From: a virus
Taxonomy: Duplodnaviria; Caudoviricetes
Virus record (IMG/VR): IMGVR_UViG_3300035228_001973
Coordinates: 32,001-96,000 of that record
Direction: 5' to 3' (one strand)
DNA length: 64,000 nt
This document shows, in pieces, positions 47,542 through 57,168 of the stretch. The first letter of the stretch is position 1; each line of letters begins with the position of its first letter. The position numbers and the translations under genes were made by a program. The notes under the pieces were generated by a model that was not told the DNA's origin, did no database searches, and worked only from the letters and a program-made list of their open reading frames with translations.

Positions 47542-48177
47542 TTATCTTTTTACTGAACAGAATGAAACGATAATGTACCTTTGTCCTGCTTCAACAGGTA
47601 ATCCTCCGTGCCAATGAGTTATTTGACCAGGATGAATTGATATATCACCTTTCTTTCCTTTTAATTTAGAATTCTGATTTGGAAAGTACGTACCTCCACC
47701 TTCAAAATCTTCGTTTAATGTTACTACGGTTGTTATCTGACTCGCGTCATGATGTAGTGATAAATGATACTGAGCGTATGGGTGATATCTAGCAATGAAA
47801 TTTTCACTACTCATATTTAACCATGAATTACCTTCTAACTTATACAACTTATAACTTAATGGCCATATATATTTTTTTAATATTTTTTCATAAGTATCTC
47901 CTAAACCAATAGTACCTAAAACCATATCGGTTGTTGGATAACTTTCATGCCTGTCAACAGTCCAACAATTACAAGACTCGGCCTCTTCCATTATGAAATC
48001 ACAAAACTCACTCGTAAATGCAGGGATAGTGTATATGTTTAATAATTCTTCATGTACATATAAATTAGAATTATCAGACATTAATTCTGGTTTTAAGAAT
48101 CTACGTTCCCATTCCGCGGGGTTATCATCATAGGTGTACAACTCAGGATGAATATAATTACTATGTTTAACTTCCAT
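47542..48177 (-). CDS. PLOD-type lysyl hydroxylase domain (2OG-Fe(II) dioxygenase)
   Basis: HPELY...DNP.EW, PTTD, NFIARY.P..Q..L..HHDAS, FEGGG, HPGQITHWHGGLP and G.RYIIVSF occur in the same order as in the PLOD C-terminal domain. Confidence 0.9.
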   Translation of the reverse strand: MEVKHSNYIHPELYTYDDNPAEWERRFLKPELMSDNSNLYVHEELLNIYTIPAFTSEFCDFIMEEAESCNCWTVDRHESYPTTDMVLGTIGLGDTYEKILKKYIWPLSYKLYKLEGNSWLNMSSENFIARYHPYAQYHLSLHHDASQITTVVTLNEDFEGGGTYFPNQNSKLKGKKGDISIHPGQITHWHGGLPVEAGQRYIIVSFCSVKR

Positions 48178-48328
48178 TATTTTCTTTTTTATCTCTTTTA
48201 TAATTTAGATATATCATACCAAAACATAACCCAAACATAAATGATGGGAGTTGCCCACCTGTTTCTCTACCAATTAGAAAAAATATGATTCCAAGAACCA
48301 TTAAAAAATTGTTAGATATTCTAATCAC
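48167..48328 (-). CDS. Small membrane peptide between the two hydroxylases (not in the ORF track)
   Basis: (V)IRISNNFLMVLGIIFFLIGRETGGQLPSFMFGLCFGMIYLNYKRDKKENNGS; overlaps both neighbours; start GTG 48328 or ATG 48301. Confidence 0.55.
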   Translation of the reverse strand: MIRISNNFLMVLGIIFFLIGRETGGQLPSFMFGLCFGMIYLNYKRDKKENNGS

Positions 48329-48932
48329 TTGTACAATATGTCATTAAAAAATACCTATCATTTTTATCGACTCTTTTCATACCGTATCTATGTGTTATTT
48401 GTCCGGGATACATATAAATAAAACCCTGTTTTGGTACTATGGTTTTTCCATATTTTTCAAAAACTAAATCACCACCTTTACTATTATCGTCTAATTTACA
48501 ATACATTGAAATGTGTACATTATCATGATGCATTCTAATTTCCTGTCCCTCTTGTAACTTCAAAACATTATTGTCGGGTTGTAATAGTTTCCATTTTTTA
48601 CCTTCTAAATGCCACTCTTTTTGTACTATACTAAAAATGTAATCGTGAACTAAATGAGTCATTATTTTCTCTAAATTAAACTTTTTAAGGTTTGTTGAAA
48701 AAACAGGCGTACCCCATCGATTTACTTGGTCCCAATTAATCGTTTTTAAAATCTCCACTAAATTATCACAGAATTTCGTATTAAAAAATGGAAACTCAAA
48801 CACATCAGGAGCAACTTCCTGAACCATCATATTCCACTCATATGATAAAAATTCTTTTCTTATGTTTCTACTTTTCCATAAGTCAAAGTCACTGTCATCG
48901 AACATGTCAGGATATAGGTCTTTATATACCAT
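48321..48932 (-). CDS. Second, divergent PLOD-like 2OG-Fe(II) dioxygenase
   Basis: LYPDMF, EVAPDVFEFPFF..KFCD, WHLEG, MHHD, KGG, YPGQITHRYG and DRYFL motifs. Confidence 0.8.
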   Translation of the reverse strand: MVYKDLYPDMFDDSDFDLWKSRNIRKEFLSYEWNMMVQEVAPDVFEFPFFNTKFCDNLVEILKTINWDQVNRWGTPVFSTNLKKFNLEKIMTHLVHDYIFSIVQKEWHLEGKKWKLLQPDNNVLKLQEGQEIRMHHDNVHISMYCKLDDNSKGGDLVFEKYGKTIVPKQGFIYMYPGQITHRYGMKRVDKNDRYFLMTYCTSD

Positions 48933-49779
48933 AATCAGATAATTTTAAATTCATAACTTTATTTATTGTTTTTGAAGGTATTTTAAATTCTTCAAATTCA
49001 CTGTCACCTTTTAATAATACGATAACACACCCTAAAAGTGAAATGTTTTCATATTTTGTTCCTTCCAACATTTTTAAAATTAATCTTCCGTAGAATGGTA
49101 ATTGTAGTTGATAGTGACCTAAAGCGTTGTCAGGTAAATCTTGAAATGGTAATTTCATAGGTTTTGTCCAATGAGTTTTTTTAAAATTCTTTTCTTTGTT
49201 AGTTTTCCAATCGGTAATTACTAACCCAAAACCGTTTTTCTCCTTATTCATTATTAACCAAACTTTATCAGGTTGACCCGTATACCCTAATTCAGGGTGA
49301 CCTAAAACCATCTCAGTATCTAAAAGGTACGCCCCTCTTTCGTCCATTAATTTTAAGAATTTTTCACCCGCACTTATCATTGAGTTACTTCTTAGTTCTT
49401 GTTCAATGTCACATTCAAATATAGGTTTACGCACTTCTTTATAGTCACCATATAGTTCAATAGTTTTCTTCTCTAATATGAAGTGAGCTCGAGACCCCAT
49501 ATTTGTGGCATACGAACCCGCGGCTGACCACTCATCTAATAATCGTTCCATCTCCACTCTGTCCCCTTTAGCCTTCTTATATGCGATGTCTTCTGCTGGA
49601 AAAGGTTCGTAGAAATGTTTTAATAATTTAGAGACTGAAGGAAAGTTATTTCTTACGATACCATCCCTATCCTTCATAAAATATATGTGTTCAGCCTCAG
49701 TAAATGATAATTCTAATTCTTTTTGTTTTTTATCGATTATATCTCTTATCTCTTGAGATATTGTTTTTAAGTCTTCCAT
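48922..49779 (-). CDS. PD-(D/E)XK exonuclease
   Basis: F....H.Y, PSVS, GS..H, GQPD, ITDWKTN and YQLQL..Y motifs. Confidence 0.85.
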   Translation of the reverse strand: MEDLKTISQEIRDIIDKKQKELELSFTEAEHIYFMKDRDGIVRNNFPSVSKLLKHFYEPFPAEDIAYKKAKGDRVEMERLLDEWSAAGSYATNMGSRAHFILEKKTIELYGDYKEVRKPIFECDIEQELRSNSMISAGEKFLKLMDERGAYLLDTEMVLGHPELGYTGQPDKVWLIMNKEKNGFGLVITDWKTNKEKNFKKTHWTKPMKLPFQDLPDNALGHYQLQLPFYGRLILKMLEGTKYENISLLGCVIVLLKGDSEFEEFKIPSKTINKVMNLKLSDYGI

Positions 49780-50708
49780 TATTTTTCTAATTTTACATAA
49801 CTACCTTCAGGAATAACACCCCGTAAGTCACCTAAATCTTTATCTTCAGGTAGTTTTATTATATCTATCTTACCATATAGCTTTCCACCACTTAACTTAT
49901 AGTAAAGCCCCTTAGCATCTTCCCAAGCGTCCGCATCTAAACAAATCTTAATTCTACCTTTAGATTTATCGTATAGTGTTTCCCAAAGTTTTTCAGATAA
50001 GAATTTACCAAGTAGTGGTATAGAATTTGGGACAAAGAAACTATCAAATACCCCTTCTACTATCCATATATCCTCATCCCAATTTATTCTACTTTCATTA
50101 AATATTAATAGCTCTTTGGGGGCCTCAGGATTCTTATACTTTAATTTAGAATACTTATTCCAACTACGAGCAACAAAGTAATTTAATAACCCTTCATCAT
50201 TAAATGATGGTACTATTATACGTCCCGCATAGTCACCACTGTTAGCGAACCCAATATCGTATTTTTTAATAATTTCATCAGTTATACCCCTTCTTTTTAA
50301 ATAGTTATAAGCTTGTGCTCTTGGTGGAAATATAGGATTAACATCGCTAAATTTTTGATATTCTTTTGGTAATCTAAGTGTTTTGTATTTTCTTTGGTCT
50401 CTAATAAACTCATCAGGTCTAACTAAAGTATAAAATTGTTTATCCTTCTTTGAACCATATTTATCAATCAATCGACCTAAATGTCCGTGAGTCCCATGTG
50501 TTTCAGAACAAGCCCAACATTTATAAACGTGTTGACCATAATTTATTTCTAAATTACCTTTACCGTCTCCTTTATCGGAACCTTTAATATCGTGTGAACA
50601 AACAGGGCAATCAAAAGATATCTGAGCCCTCATCTCATTATGTAAATGAGACTCACCAAAAATGTTAACTAATAAGTCAACTACCAATAATTCATCTTGA
50701 TTGTCCAT
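49779..50708 (-). CDS. DNA primase (zinc finger plus TOPRIM)
   Basis: CPVC...CWAC, YLKRRGI, RIIVP, KYKN, VEGVFD and LDADA motifs. Confidence 0.92.
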   Translation of the reverse strand: MDNQDELLVVDLLVNIFGESHLHNEMRAQISFDCPVCSHDIKGSDKGDGKGNLEINYGQHVYKCWACSETHGTHGHLGRLIDKYGSKKDKQFYTLVRPDEFIRDQRKYKTLRLPKEYQKFSDVNPIFPPRAQAYNYLKRRGITDEIIKKYDIGFANSGDYAGRIIVPSFNDEGLLNYFVARSWNKYSKLKYKNPEAPKELLIFNESRINWDEDIWIVEGVFDSFFVPNSIPLLGKFLSEKLWETLYDKSKGRIKICLDADAWEDAKGLYYKLSGGKLYGKIDIIKLPEDKDLGDLRGVIPEGSYVKLEK

Positions 50709-50717
50709 ATAGGACTA

Positions 50718-50746
50718 AATATAAAATAAAGTATTTACAAAATCAA
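50718..50746 (-). promoter_or_regulatory. Sigma70-like promoter TTGATT-N17-TATATT
   Basis: The + strand has aatata at 50718-50723 and aatcaa at 50741-50746. Confidence 0.5.
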
Positions 50747-51349
50747 CTACCAAAGGCCTTGTTGTTTCATATAACCTTGAACACATGTGTATGCGTCCGC
50801 TTGGTCAAAGCATTCTTTCTTTAAAGTATTATTACGTGTATATAACCAAACTATTTGCGGCTCAGATTCCGCTACTTTTTTCCAAACAATTTCTTTCTTA
50901 TCAATTGTTTTAGGGAGACCTCCAAATAAAACTCTTTTACCTTTTCCATTATCATTAACTAATTCTGGCCACGCAAACTTACGTGAATTATATGTTGATA
51001 TGTAGCGAGGCACTAAACCTAAAACTTCGTAGATTACCCTTGAAATCATAGAATTATACCTTAATAAGGTACCCACTGTCCATATATTATTAGAATTAAG
51101 AAGTGGTTCTTCAATAACCACCTTAACAATATTTAAATCTTTGTATCCTTCAATCTTCTCTTTAAAACCATCTACCTTAAGTAATAGTTCTTCAATCTTT
51201 TCTTCAGGTTTAGGTTTTATAACTGGTGAAAAGTGTGTTAATTCTAACAATTTTTGACTACTCTCATCAAATAGTGCCCATCCAATAGTTTTTGTAGATA
51301 TATCCAACCCTAAGACTTTAGGGGTATTATTTAATTCTTGTTTTGACAT
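50747..51349 (-). CDS. RuvC-like Holliday junction resolvase
   Basis: VLGLDISTKTIG, VIEEP and DQADA motifs. Confidence 0.85.
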   Translation of the reverse strand: MSKQELNNTPKVLGLDISTKTIGWALFDESSQKLLELTHFSPVIKPKPEEKIEELLLKVDGFKEKIEGYKDLNIVKVVIEEPLLNSNNIWTVGTLLRYNSMISRVIYEVLGLVPRYISTYNSRKFAWPELVNDNGKGKRVLFGGLPKTIDKKEIVWKKVAESEPQIVWLYTRNNTLKKECFDQADAYTCVQGYMKQQGLW

Positions 51350-51358
51350 GTGATTATA

Positions 51359-53605
51359 TTAAAAATCTAATTTTATAGTATACTGTTGTATACCTTGTCT
51401 CTTTTCAGGAGACTGTATCTTAGATATAATCATAAGTTCTTTATTCAAATCGTAAAGACCAACTTCAGTTATGTAAGCTGAATCCGCAGTTGACCATGTT
51501 GGGTTTTGAGAAGTTAAAAATTGAGTGGGACCTAAATTACATTTATAATTCATAACATAAATCGTAGCTTGAATGTCTGAAGCAATATTACCATAAAAAT
51601 AATATTCATCTCCAAATGTTAAAGTAGGTTCTGGGTCATTATTTTTAGGTAACTCAATATAATTTGATAAATCATACACATCACCATTCGATACCGCATC
51701 ATCGTACATAGTCTTATTTAAAATTAAAGTACTACCCGTTAAACCTGATACTGTTATATTACCGTTAACTGATGTTCCACTTATTTGATTAGTCACATCT
51801 ACCTCATACCACTCAGTTGGGTCAGGTTTTTCTCCCGACACTACTTTTTGAGCTAGTAGTACAATATCATTAGCCGAAAATCCTGATTGTGAACCATCAC
51901 TGAATAAAAATGGAAACTCATTTCCAAATCTAACTGTTACATCAGCAGTGTCAGGTGGACAATCTGGGTCTGTACCACATATTTGTGTATAATAATTACA
52001 ATGTAACGACTCGGTAAATGCGGAATTATTAAACCTATAAGTTAACCATAAACATTCAGTTGTACCTGATAAAAGACCCGTATCACTACCAGTCGTACCG
52101 TTAAAGGTATTAGGTACAATTAGTCCTAATTTTGGTGCGGGTAACGTCCAATTTCTATTCGATTTATAACTTAATGACGCTATAATTTCATCATCATCAA
52201 AAGTTATCATTTTTAGGTCGGGCCAAACTTTACCTACTCTATTTGGAAATCCGTTTATATTAGGATTGTCATCCCATAGGTGGTAATACCTTATTCCCGG
52301 ATTATTCATATCATTATTTACGTTTGATTCAATATAATGAGGTTTAAATAGTTTTTCTTTTGCAAACCCATCAGGGTCAACATAAAACGTTTGACCCATC
52401 GTACCACCTGAGGATTTGTGCCACATAAGTGTCGGAACATTTACTCTAAATCTACGTGCAGGACCCGTTTGACCTGAAAGTGGAAACTGATTATCAGTGG
52501 TTGTCAATGCAAATTTCTCACCATAAAAATTATCAATTGATTGATTAGTGTAGTGGACTATGGATATAGATTTTTGGTCTGATGGGGATAAATTAATTTT
52601 TTCAGAAAATGAATTATAATAATATGTAGAATCAGTATCAGTTTGGCCAGTATTAGAATTATACCCTAAATATTCTTTAGTTCCCGTGTACCCTGTAGAA
52701 CCAAATTGGTCGTACCCTTGATATACATTAGTAAATAATCCAGCAGGACTTTCTGTCCACGGAATATTCATATTCCAAACTTTTACAAAATAGTTAGAGA
52801 TATCACAATTACTTTCGAAATTAATTGCGTCTTGATTCCAATAAAATTCAGGCGTATAAGTATCATATAATTCAGTCATACCTGAAGGGTAAAATATTAC
52901 TCTTGCATCACCAACATAACCCATACTCTGTAAGTCAGGTAATTGTCTATCAAGTTTAACAGTTACAGTTCCCGTATTTCCTGAAGTGTTTCCCGTAATA
53001 TCAATAACTTTATAAGTCAATACAGGGTAGTTATTACTTATTGGTTGTGTACTAAAATCCGAATAATAAACTGTCATTATATGGTTAGAAATAACATTAC
53101 CCGTCACACTAGCATCAATAACTGAAGCATTTAAACTAATTGTGTTACCGTAATTTACGGTATTCATTGGTATCACATAATTAGGGTTGATTGTATAGGC
53201 ACTTGACGTAAACGCAGTAAAACTATTATCTACAACATTACTAAAGTCATATGAAGTTTGACCAGTAAAAAAACCTAACGTCGCCGCAGTATTATAAATA
53301 TTATCTATTATTGGTTCAGGGATTGGTATACCATAAGTGTTTGTTGATTGAGTTGAAACCAATAAAGGATATTTAACATTCGCTTTATTTTTTTCAGGTA
53401 TCGGTGATAAGTTTTGCGCATTATACTCAGCATCTAATACTCGTCCAGTTGATAAATCAGCATTTGGTATACAGTCATAACAAACCTCACTATCTCCAAC
53501 TTGAAAATATGAAATATTGAATGTTCCTTCTGAAATTCTTTTTCTTCCTGCGTCGGTTAATTTACTGTTAACTAATGCGGCGGTATCTTTTATTATGTAT
53601 CCCAT
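51359..53605 (-). CDS. Virion structural protein (baseplate/tail-collar type)
   Basis: N-terminal KLTDAGRKRI...F.VGDSE and C-terminal YITEVGLYD...L..ISK...P...IKLDF; TATTTATA at 53610-53617. Confidence 0.75.
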   Translation of the reverse strand: MGYIIKDTAALVNSKLTDAGRKRISEGTFNISYFQVGDSEVCYDCIPNADLSTGRVLDAEYNAQNLSPIPEKNKANVKYPLLVSTQSTNTYGIPIPEPIIDNIYNTAATLGFFTGQTSYDFSNVVDNSFTAFTSSAYTINPNYVIPMNTVNYGNTISLNASVIDASVTGNVISNHIMTVYYSDFSTQPISNNYPVLTYKVIDITGNTSGNTGTVTVKLDRQLPDLQSMGYVGDARVIFYPSGMTELYDTYTPEFYWNQDAINFESNCDISNYFVKVWNMNIPWTESPAGLFTNVYQGYDQFGSTGYTGTKEYLGYNSNTGQTDTDSTYYYNSFSEKINLSPSDQKSISIVHYTNQSIDNFYGEKFALTTTDNQFPLSGQTGPARRFRVNVPTLMWHKSSGGTMGQTFYVDPDGFAKEKLFKPHYIESNVNNDMNNPGIRYYHLWDDNPNINGFPNRVGKVWPDLKMITFDDDEIIASLSYKSNRNWTLPAPKLGLIVPNTFNGTTGSDTGLLSGTTECLWLTYRFNNSAFTESLHCNYYTQICGTDPDCPPDTADVTVRFGNEFPFLFSDGSQSGFSANDIVLLAQKVVSGEKPDPTEWYEVDVTNQISGTSVNGNITVSGLTGSTLILNKTMYDDAVSNGDVYDLSNYIELPKNNDPEPTLTFGDEYYFYGNIASDIQATIYVMNYKCNLGPTQFLTSQNPTWSTADSAYITEVGLYDLNKELMIISKIQSPEKRQGIQQYTIKLDF

Positions 53606-53648
53606 GTTTTATAAATAGTTTTATTATCTAATTTTTTATTTTTTTTAT

Positions 53649-55280
53649 CTACGTTAATGGAAGACATCCCGATTGAGTAGACTCACCAGTTATTGGTGTT
53701 GATATATTGTTTATTGTTCCACAGGTTGTTGTTCCAATTATTTGTACATTCTTTAATTGTACATTAGTTCTGTTTAATCCCGTAATAGGACAATTACATG
53801 AACCGCTACTTAGGTATCTAGGTAATGTAACCGTTGTACTTACAGTACCGTTAAAAGTTGAACTACCGTCTATAGTAATAGTTGTATCTCCAGTACTACT
53901 AAATGTAGCTATATCAATTTGATAGTTAGGACAATTTTGTGAGGGTGGTGAACCTAATACAACAGGTGATGTTGAACTGATACTTACCGCATTACCATCT
54001 AAACTACCCGTAAACGTATTTTCATATGTTACAGGGTCAGAACTACTATTATCAGGGTACGTACTAGTTCTAGTGTGAGCGAAATCTAAATCAAACGATA
54101 CCTGCACACCTGATGGTAATTGAGGAGTGACGACCACATCATATTGATAACTAACAACTTGCTCTCTTAAGTTATTAGTCACCACTTGGTTAAACTTATT
54201 AAGTTGTATTGTATATGACGGCGCACCCACTCCTTGACTAATCGTAAAGTTAGCAGTTGCAACATTACCTGAACTATCCGTTACTTGAGCGACATAACTA
54301 CCTGGTTGAACATTATTAAATTGACTGTTTGCTTGAGAAGACGTTATACCTTGAATGACATAACTATAAGGTGATGAACCTCCATTAGCATTCATTAATA
54401 CACTACCCAATTGACCTTCACATTGTGGTGATATTGGAGTGACACTTAAGGATAAGCTGGTTAAATTACTTGAACATGTCCCTACTACCATCACCCAATT
54501 TGCCTTTGTCGGTGGCACACCTTGATTTTGCCACGTTCCTATTGGTTGTAATTGTGGAGGACTCTGAGTTAGTCTCATTACGCCTTGATTACCACTAATA
54601 GAGGTCCATACTAATACTTCCCACCAACCATTCGTAACATTATATGTTAAAGTAAGACCATTTACAGTATCTAACCATTGGAAATTACCATTATTATCAG
54701 TACCGTTAGGTGTGAAATTATATTGTTGATTTAGTTCACTATGACTCAAACATAATGGGTCTTGTGTAGGAGGTGTAGGTGTGGGTGGGTTACAAACAGT
54801 ACAAGTAGTATAAGAACTATTAATTGTTAAGGCAGATACTTCAAGCCCTGATGAATTAACAGGCCCAATAAACTCATAACATCCTGGTATTTCATTAAAA
54901 ATAATTGTAGGTTTGAAATTTGGGAATGGTGGTTCATAAGTCGCTCCTGAAACATAAATTGTTCGAGAGGAAAATCCTGGACATGTAATAAACTTGTAAA
55001 CTGTTTCACTACTACTACCTACAACACACGTTGTTTTTTTAACATAATCTCCAAAATAGTCAACAACAGTAGCAAAATATATACCTGGCGTTAAATTAGT
55101 TAAAGTATTACCTTGCTGACCATTATTCCATGTTATAGAATAAGGAGGGGTACCACCAAATACTTGAACTATGGCACTACCATCGGATGCCGTTGGTGAA
55201 GATGCATTAGTGACATTACACTCTACCTCCATAGGTATTATGGTTATTATCGTACATTGATTTCCTGTTAATCCTGCCAT
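53649..55280 (-). CDS. SprB-repeat structural/adhesin protein
   Basis: DGSA.V.V.GGTPPYSITWNNG...LTNLTPG.Y and NGGSSPYSY...F.NV.PG.Y...VTDSSG repeats; start 55280 or 55301. Confidence 0.75.
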   Translation of the reverse strand: MAGLTGNQCTIITIIPMEVECNVTNASSPTASDGSAIVQVFGGTPPYSITWNNGQQGNTLTNLTPGIYFATVVDYFGDYVKKTTCVVGSSSETVYKFITCPGFSSRTIYVSGATYEPPFPNFKPTIIFNEIPGCYEFIGPVNSSGLEVSALTINSSYTTCTVCNPPTPTPPTQDPLCLSHSELNQQYNFTPNGTDNNGNFQWLDTVNGLTLTYNVTNGWWEVLVWTSISGNQGVMRLTQSPPQLQPIGTWQNQGVPPTKANWVMVVGTCSSNLTSLSLSVTPISPQCEGQLGSVLMNANGGSSPYSYVIQGITSSQANSQFNNVQPGSYVAQVTDSSGNVATANFTISQGVGAPSYTIQLNKFNQVVTNNLREQVVSYQYDVVVTPQLPSGVQVSFDLDFAHTRTSTYPDNSSSDPVTYENTFTGSLDGNAVSISSTSPVVLGSPPSQNCPNYQIDIATFSSTGDTTITIDGSSTFNGTVSTTVTLPRYLSSGSCNCPITGLNRTNVQLKNVQIIGTTTCGTINNISTPITGESTQSGCLPLT

Positions 55281-55291
55281 TTTTTTATTTT

Positions 55292-57061
55292 TTAAGTACA
55301 ATCATTATAATTTCCTCCTGCTGAGATACTGAGGTTAGTACCACTAAGACCCGCAATTACCCAAAAAACATTCATGTTTATACAATCGCTGACTACGGTA
55401 TCACCCTGTGGGAATTCTAAATCTATTGCAGTACCATCACATTGTTTTACATTAATTAACGATACCGTTCCACTGCCAATGTTAGTAACCGTAAATCCAC
55501 TTTTACATCCACAATAAGAATCGGTACAGTCCGTAACTTGTGCATATTTATAACCTGGTGACGACCAATCTGTTCCTACTGTAACTGCCTGTGCTGAAGT
55601 AATACTAGTCGCTTGACCACCTACGGTATAACATGTATTAACACCTTGTGATGGAACGATTGACGCTGACAAACTAGATTGTCTCGCTAATCCCGCAGCA
55701 CTTATAACATCACCAACAATAAGAGTACTCGCTAAATTATGATTCATTGGTACAATTATAGTCTCATTATTTACACAACCTTCGAGTAGTACGTTTATCG
55801 TACCACATTTACCACCACCATTACAATCGCTTAATATGGTATTAACTGTCGGAGAAAGTATTGGTGCGGTAACATCATAAACAACTTTTTGATAACAATC
55901 TTGTATATCGAATGTTGCTCCATTAGCATTTGTTATTGTAAAATTAAATTTAACAAAATCATCATCTACATTTATAACATTAAATTTATTTGGATTAACC
56001 ATTAAATCACTAACAGCAATTGAAGGTACACAAGCTTCATAAGTTGAAATTACCTCACTACTTGTTGTCGGAGTAGGGGTTACCGTATTAGTAGGTGTGT
56101 TGGTTGGCGTATTCGTTGGTGTTTGCGTTGGTGTAACCGTTGCAGTATTTGTAGGAGTTAAAGTAGGTGTTAGTGTCGGGGTATTTGTCGGTGTTAAGGT
56201 AGGTGTTAAAGTAGGTGTTAAGGTAGGTGTTGGAGTTAAAGTTGCTTCAGGTGTAGATGTAACACTTGGTGTAGGTGTATTGGTTGATGTATTAGTTGGA
56301 GTTGGCGTTAAAGTCGCATCAGGTGTAGATGTAACTGTCGGTGTATTAGTTGGAGTCAATGTTGGAGTTAATGTTGCCGTTGGTGTTTGACTTACGTCTA
56401 TAGTGTTTGTTGGTGTCGCAGTATTTGTTGGAGTAGGTGTTGGTGTTGGAAAACCACATCCCTCAGTTGTAAAAGACACACTACATGTCGCACCATTTAC
56501 ACAACCTTGGTATAACCAATTTGTTGTATTAGGTGAAGGGAATGTTGGCGCTGGATTATAAAATGTTACACCAGCTAAATTCCAACCTGAAACTTCCCAT
56601 CTTACACCTGTCCACTGTATTGAACCATTATTTGGTGAAATCCATTGATTTTGTCCATTAAATAACGTTGTAGATAATGTATACCTGACTGTTTCCGTAA
56701 ATCCATTACCTTCAAATACGCCATCATAATAAGTTGCATTTAAACATGGACCCGTACCACTAGGTGTTGGTGTTGGCGTAGGGGTTTGAGTGTTAGTTGG
56801 TGTAATAGTAGGTGTCGCTGTCGGTGTAGGTGATGGTCCGAACCCGAAACATTCACAAACTACACATAAATCAGCATCTATAACTTTAATACAAAACGGT
56901 ATATTTTCATAAATTGTTGGTAAATTAAATGTCGCAGGAAAATCAGCATTAGTCGCCACCTGACCAAGATATGTTTGTTGGGATAACACATCACAACTAT
57001 CAGCCGCCCATATTTGAAATGGTGATACTCCTGATGCGCTATTTATTGTTACTGTACTCAT
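55292..57061 (-). CDS. Cys-rich protein with a Thr-Pro repeat stalk
   Basis: 589 aa; TPTN/TPTL repeats at about 56065-56447. Confidence 0.8.
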   Translation of the reverse strand: MSTVTINSASGVSPFQIWAADSCDVLSQQTYLGQVATNADFPATFNLPTIYENIPFCIKVIDADLCVVCECFGFGPSPTPTATPTITPTNTQTPTPTPTPSGTGPCLNATYYDGVFEGNGFTETVRYTLSTTLFNGQNQWISPNNGSIQWTGVRWEVSGWNLAGVTFYNPAPTFPSPNTTNWLYQGCVNGATCSVSFTTEGCGFPTPTPTPTNTATPTNTIDVSQTPTATLTPTLTPTNTPTVTSTPDATLTPTPTNTSTNTPTPSVTSTPEATLTPTPTLTPTLTPTLTPTNTPTLTPTLTPTNTATVTPTQTPTNTPTNTPTNTVTPTPTTSSEVISTYEACVPSIAVSDLMVNPNKFNVINVDDDFVKFNFTITNANGATFDIQDCYQKVVYDVTAPILSPTVNTILSDCNGGGKCGTINVLLEGCVNNETIIVPMNHNLASTLIVGDVISAAGLARQSSLSASIVPSQGVNTCYTVGGQATSITSAQAVTVGTDWSSPGYKYAQVTDCTDSYCGCKSGFTVTNIGSGTVSLINVKQCDGTAIDLEFPQGDTVVSDCINMNVFWVIAGLSGTNLSISAGGNYNDCT

Positions 57062-57168
57062 TTAATTCTCTATTCTATTATTATAATCACTCACATTATT
57101 AAGTGAATATGTTATTTTACTATAAGTATTTATCTCTCTTTCAATTTTATTTTTTTTATTCATAATAT

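Noticed and set aside
48922-49779. Cas4 / CRISPR adaptation gene
   Set aside because: There is no four-Cys Fe-S motif and no array or other cas genes; it is an ordinary phage PD-(D/E)XK exonuclease next to primase.
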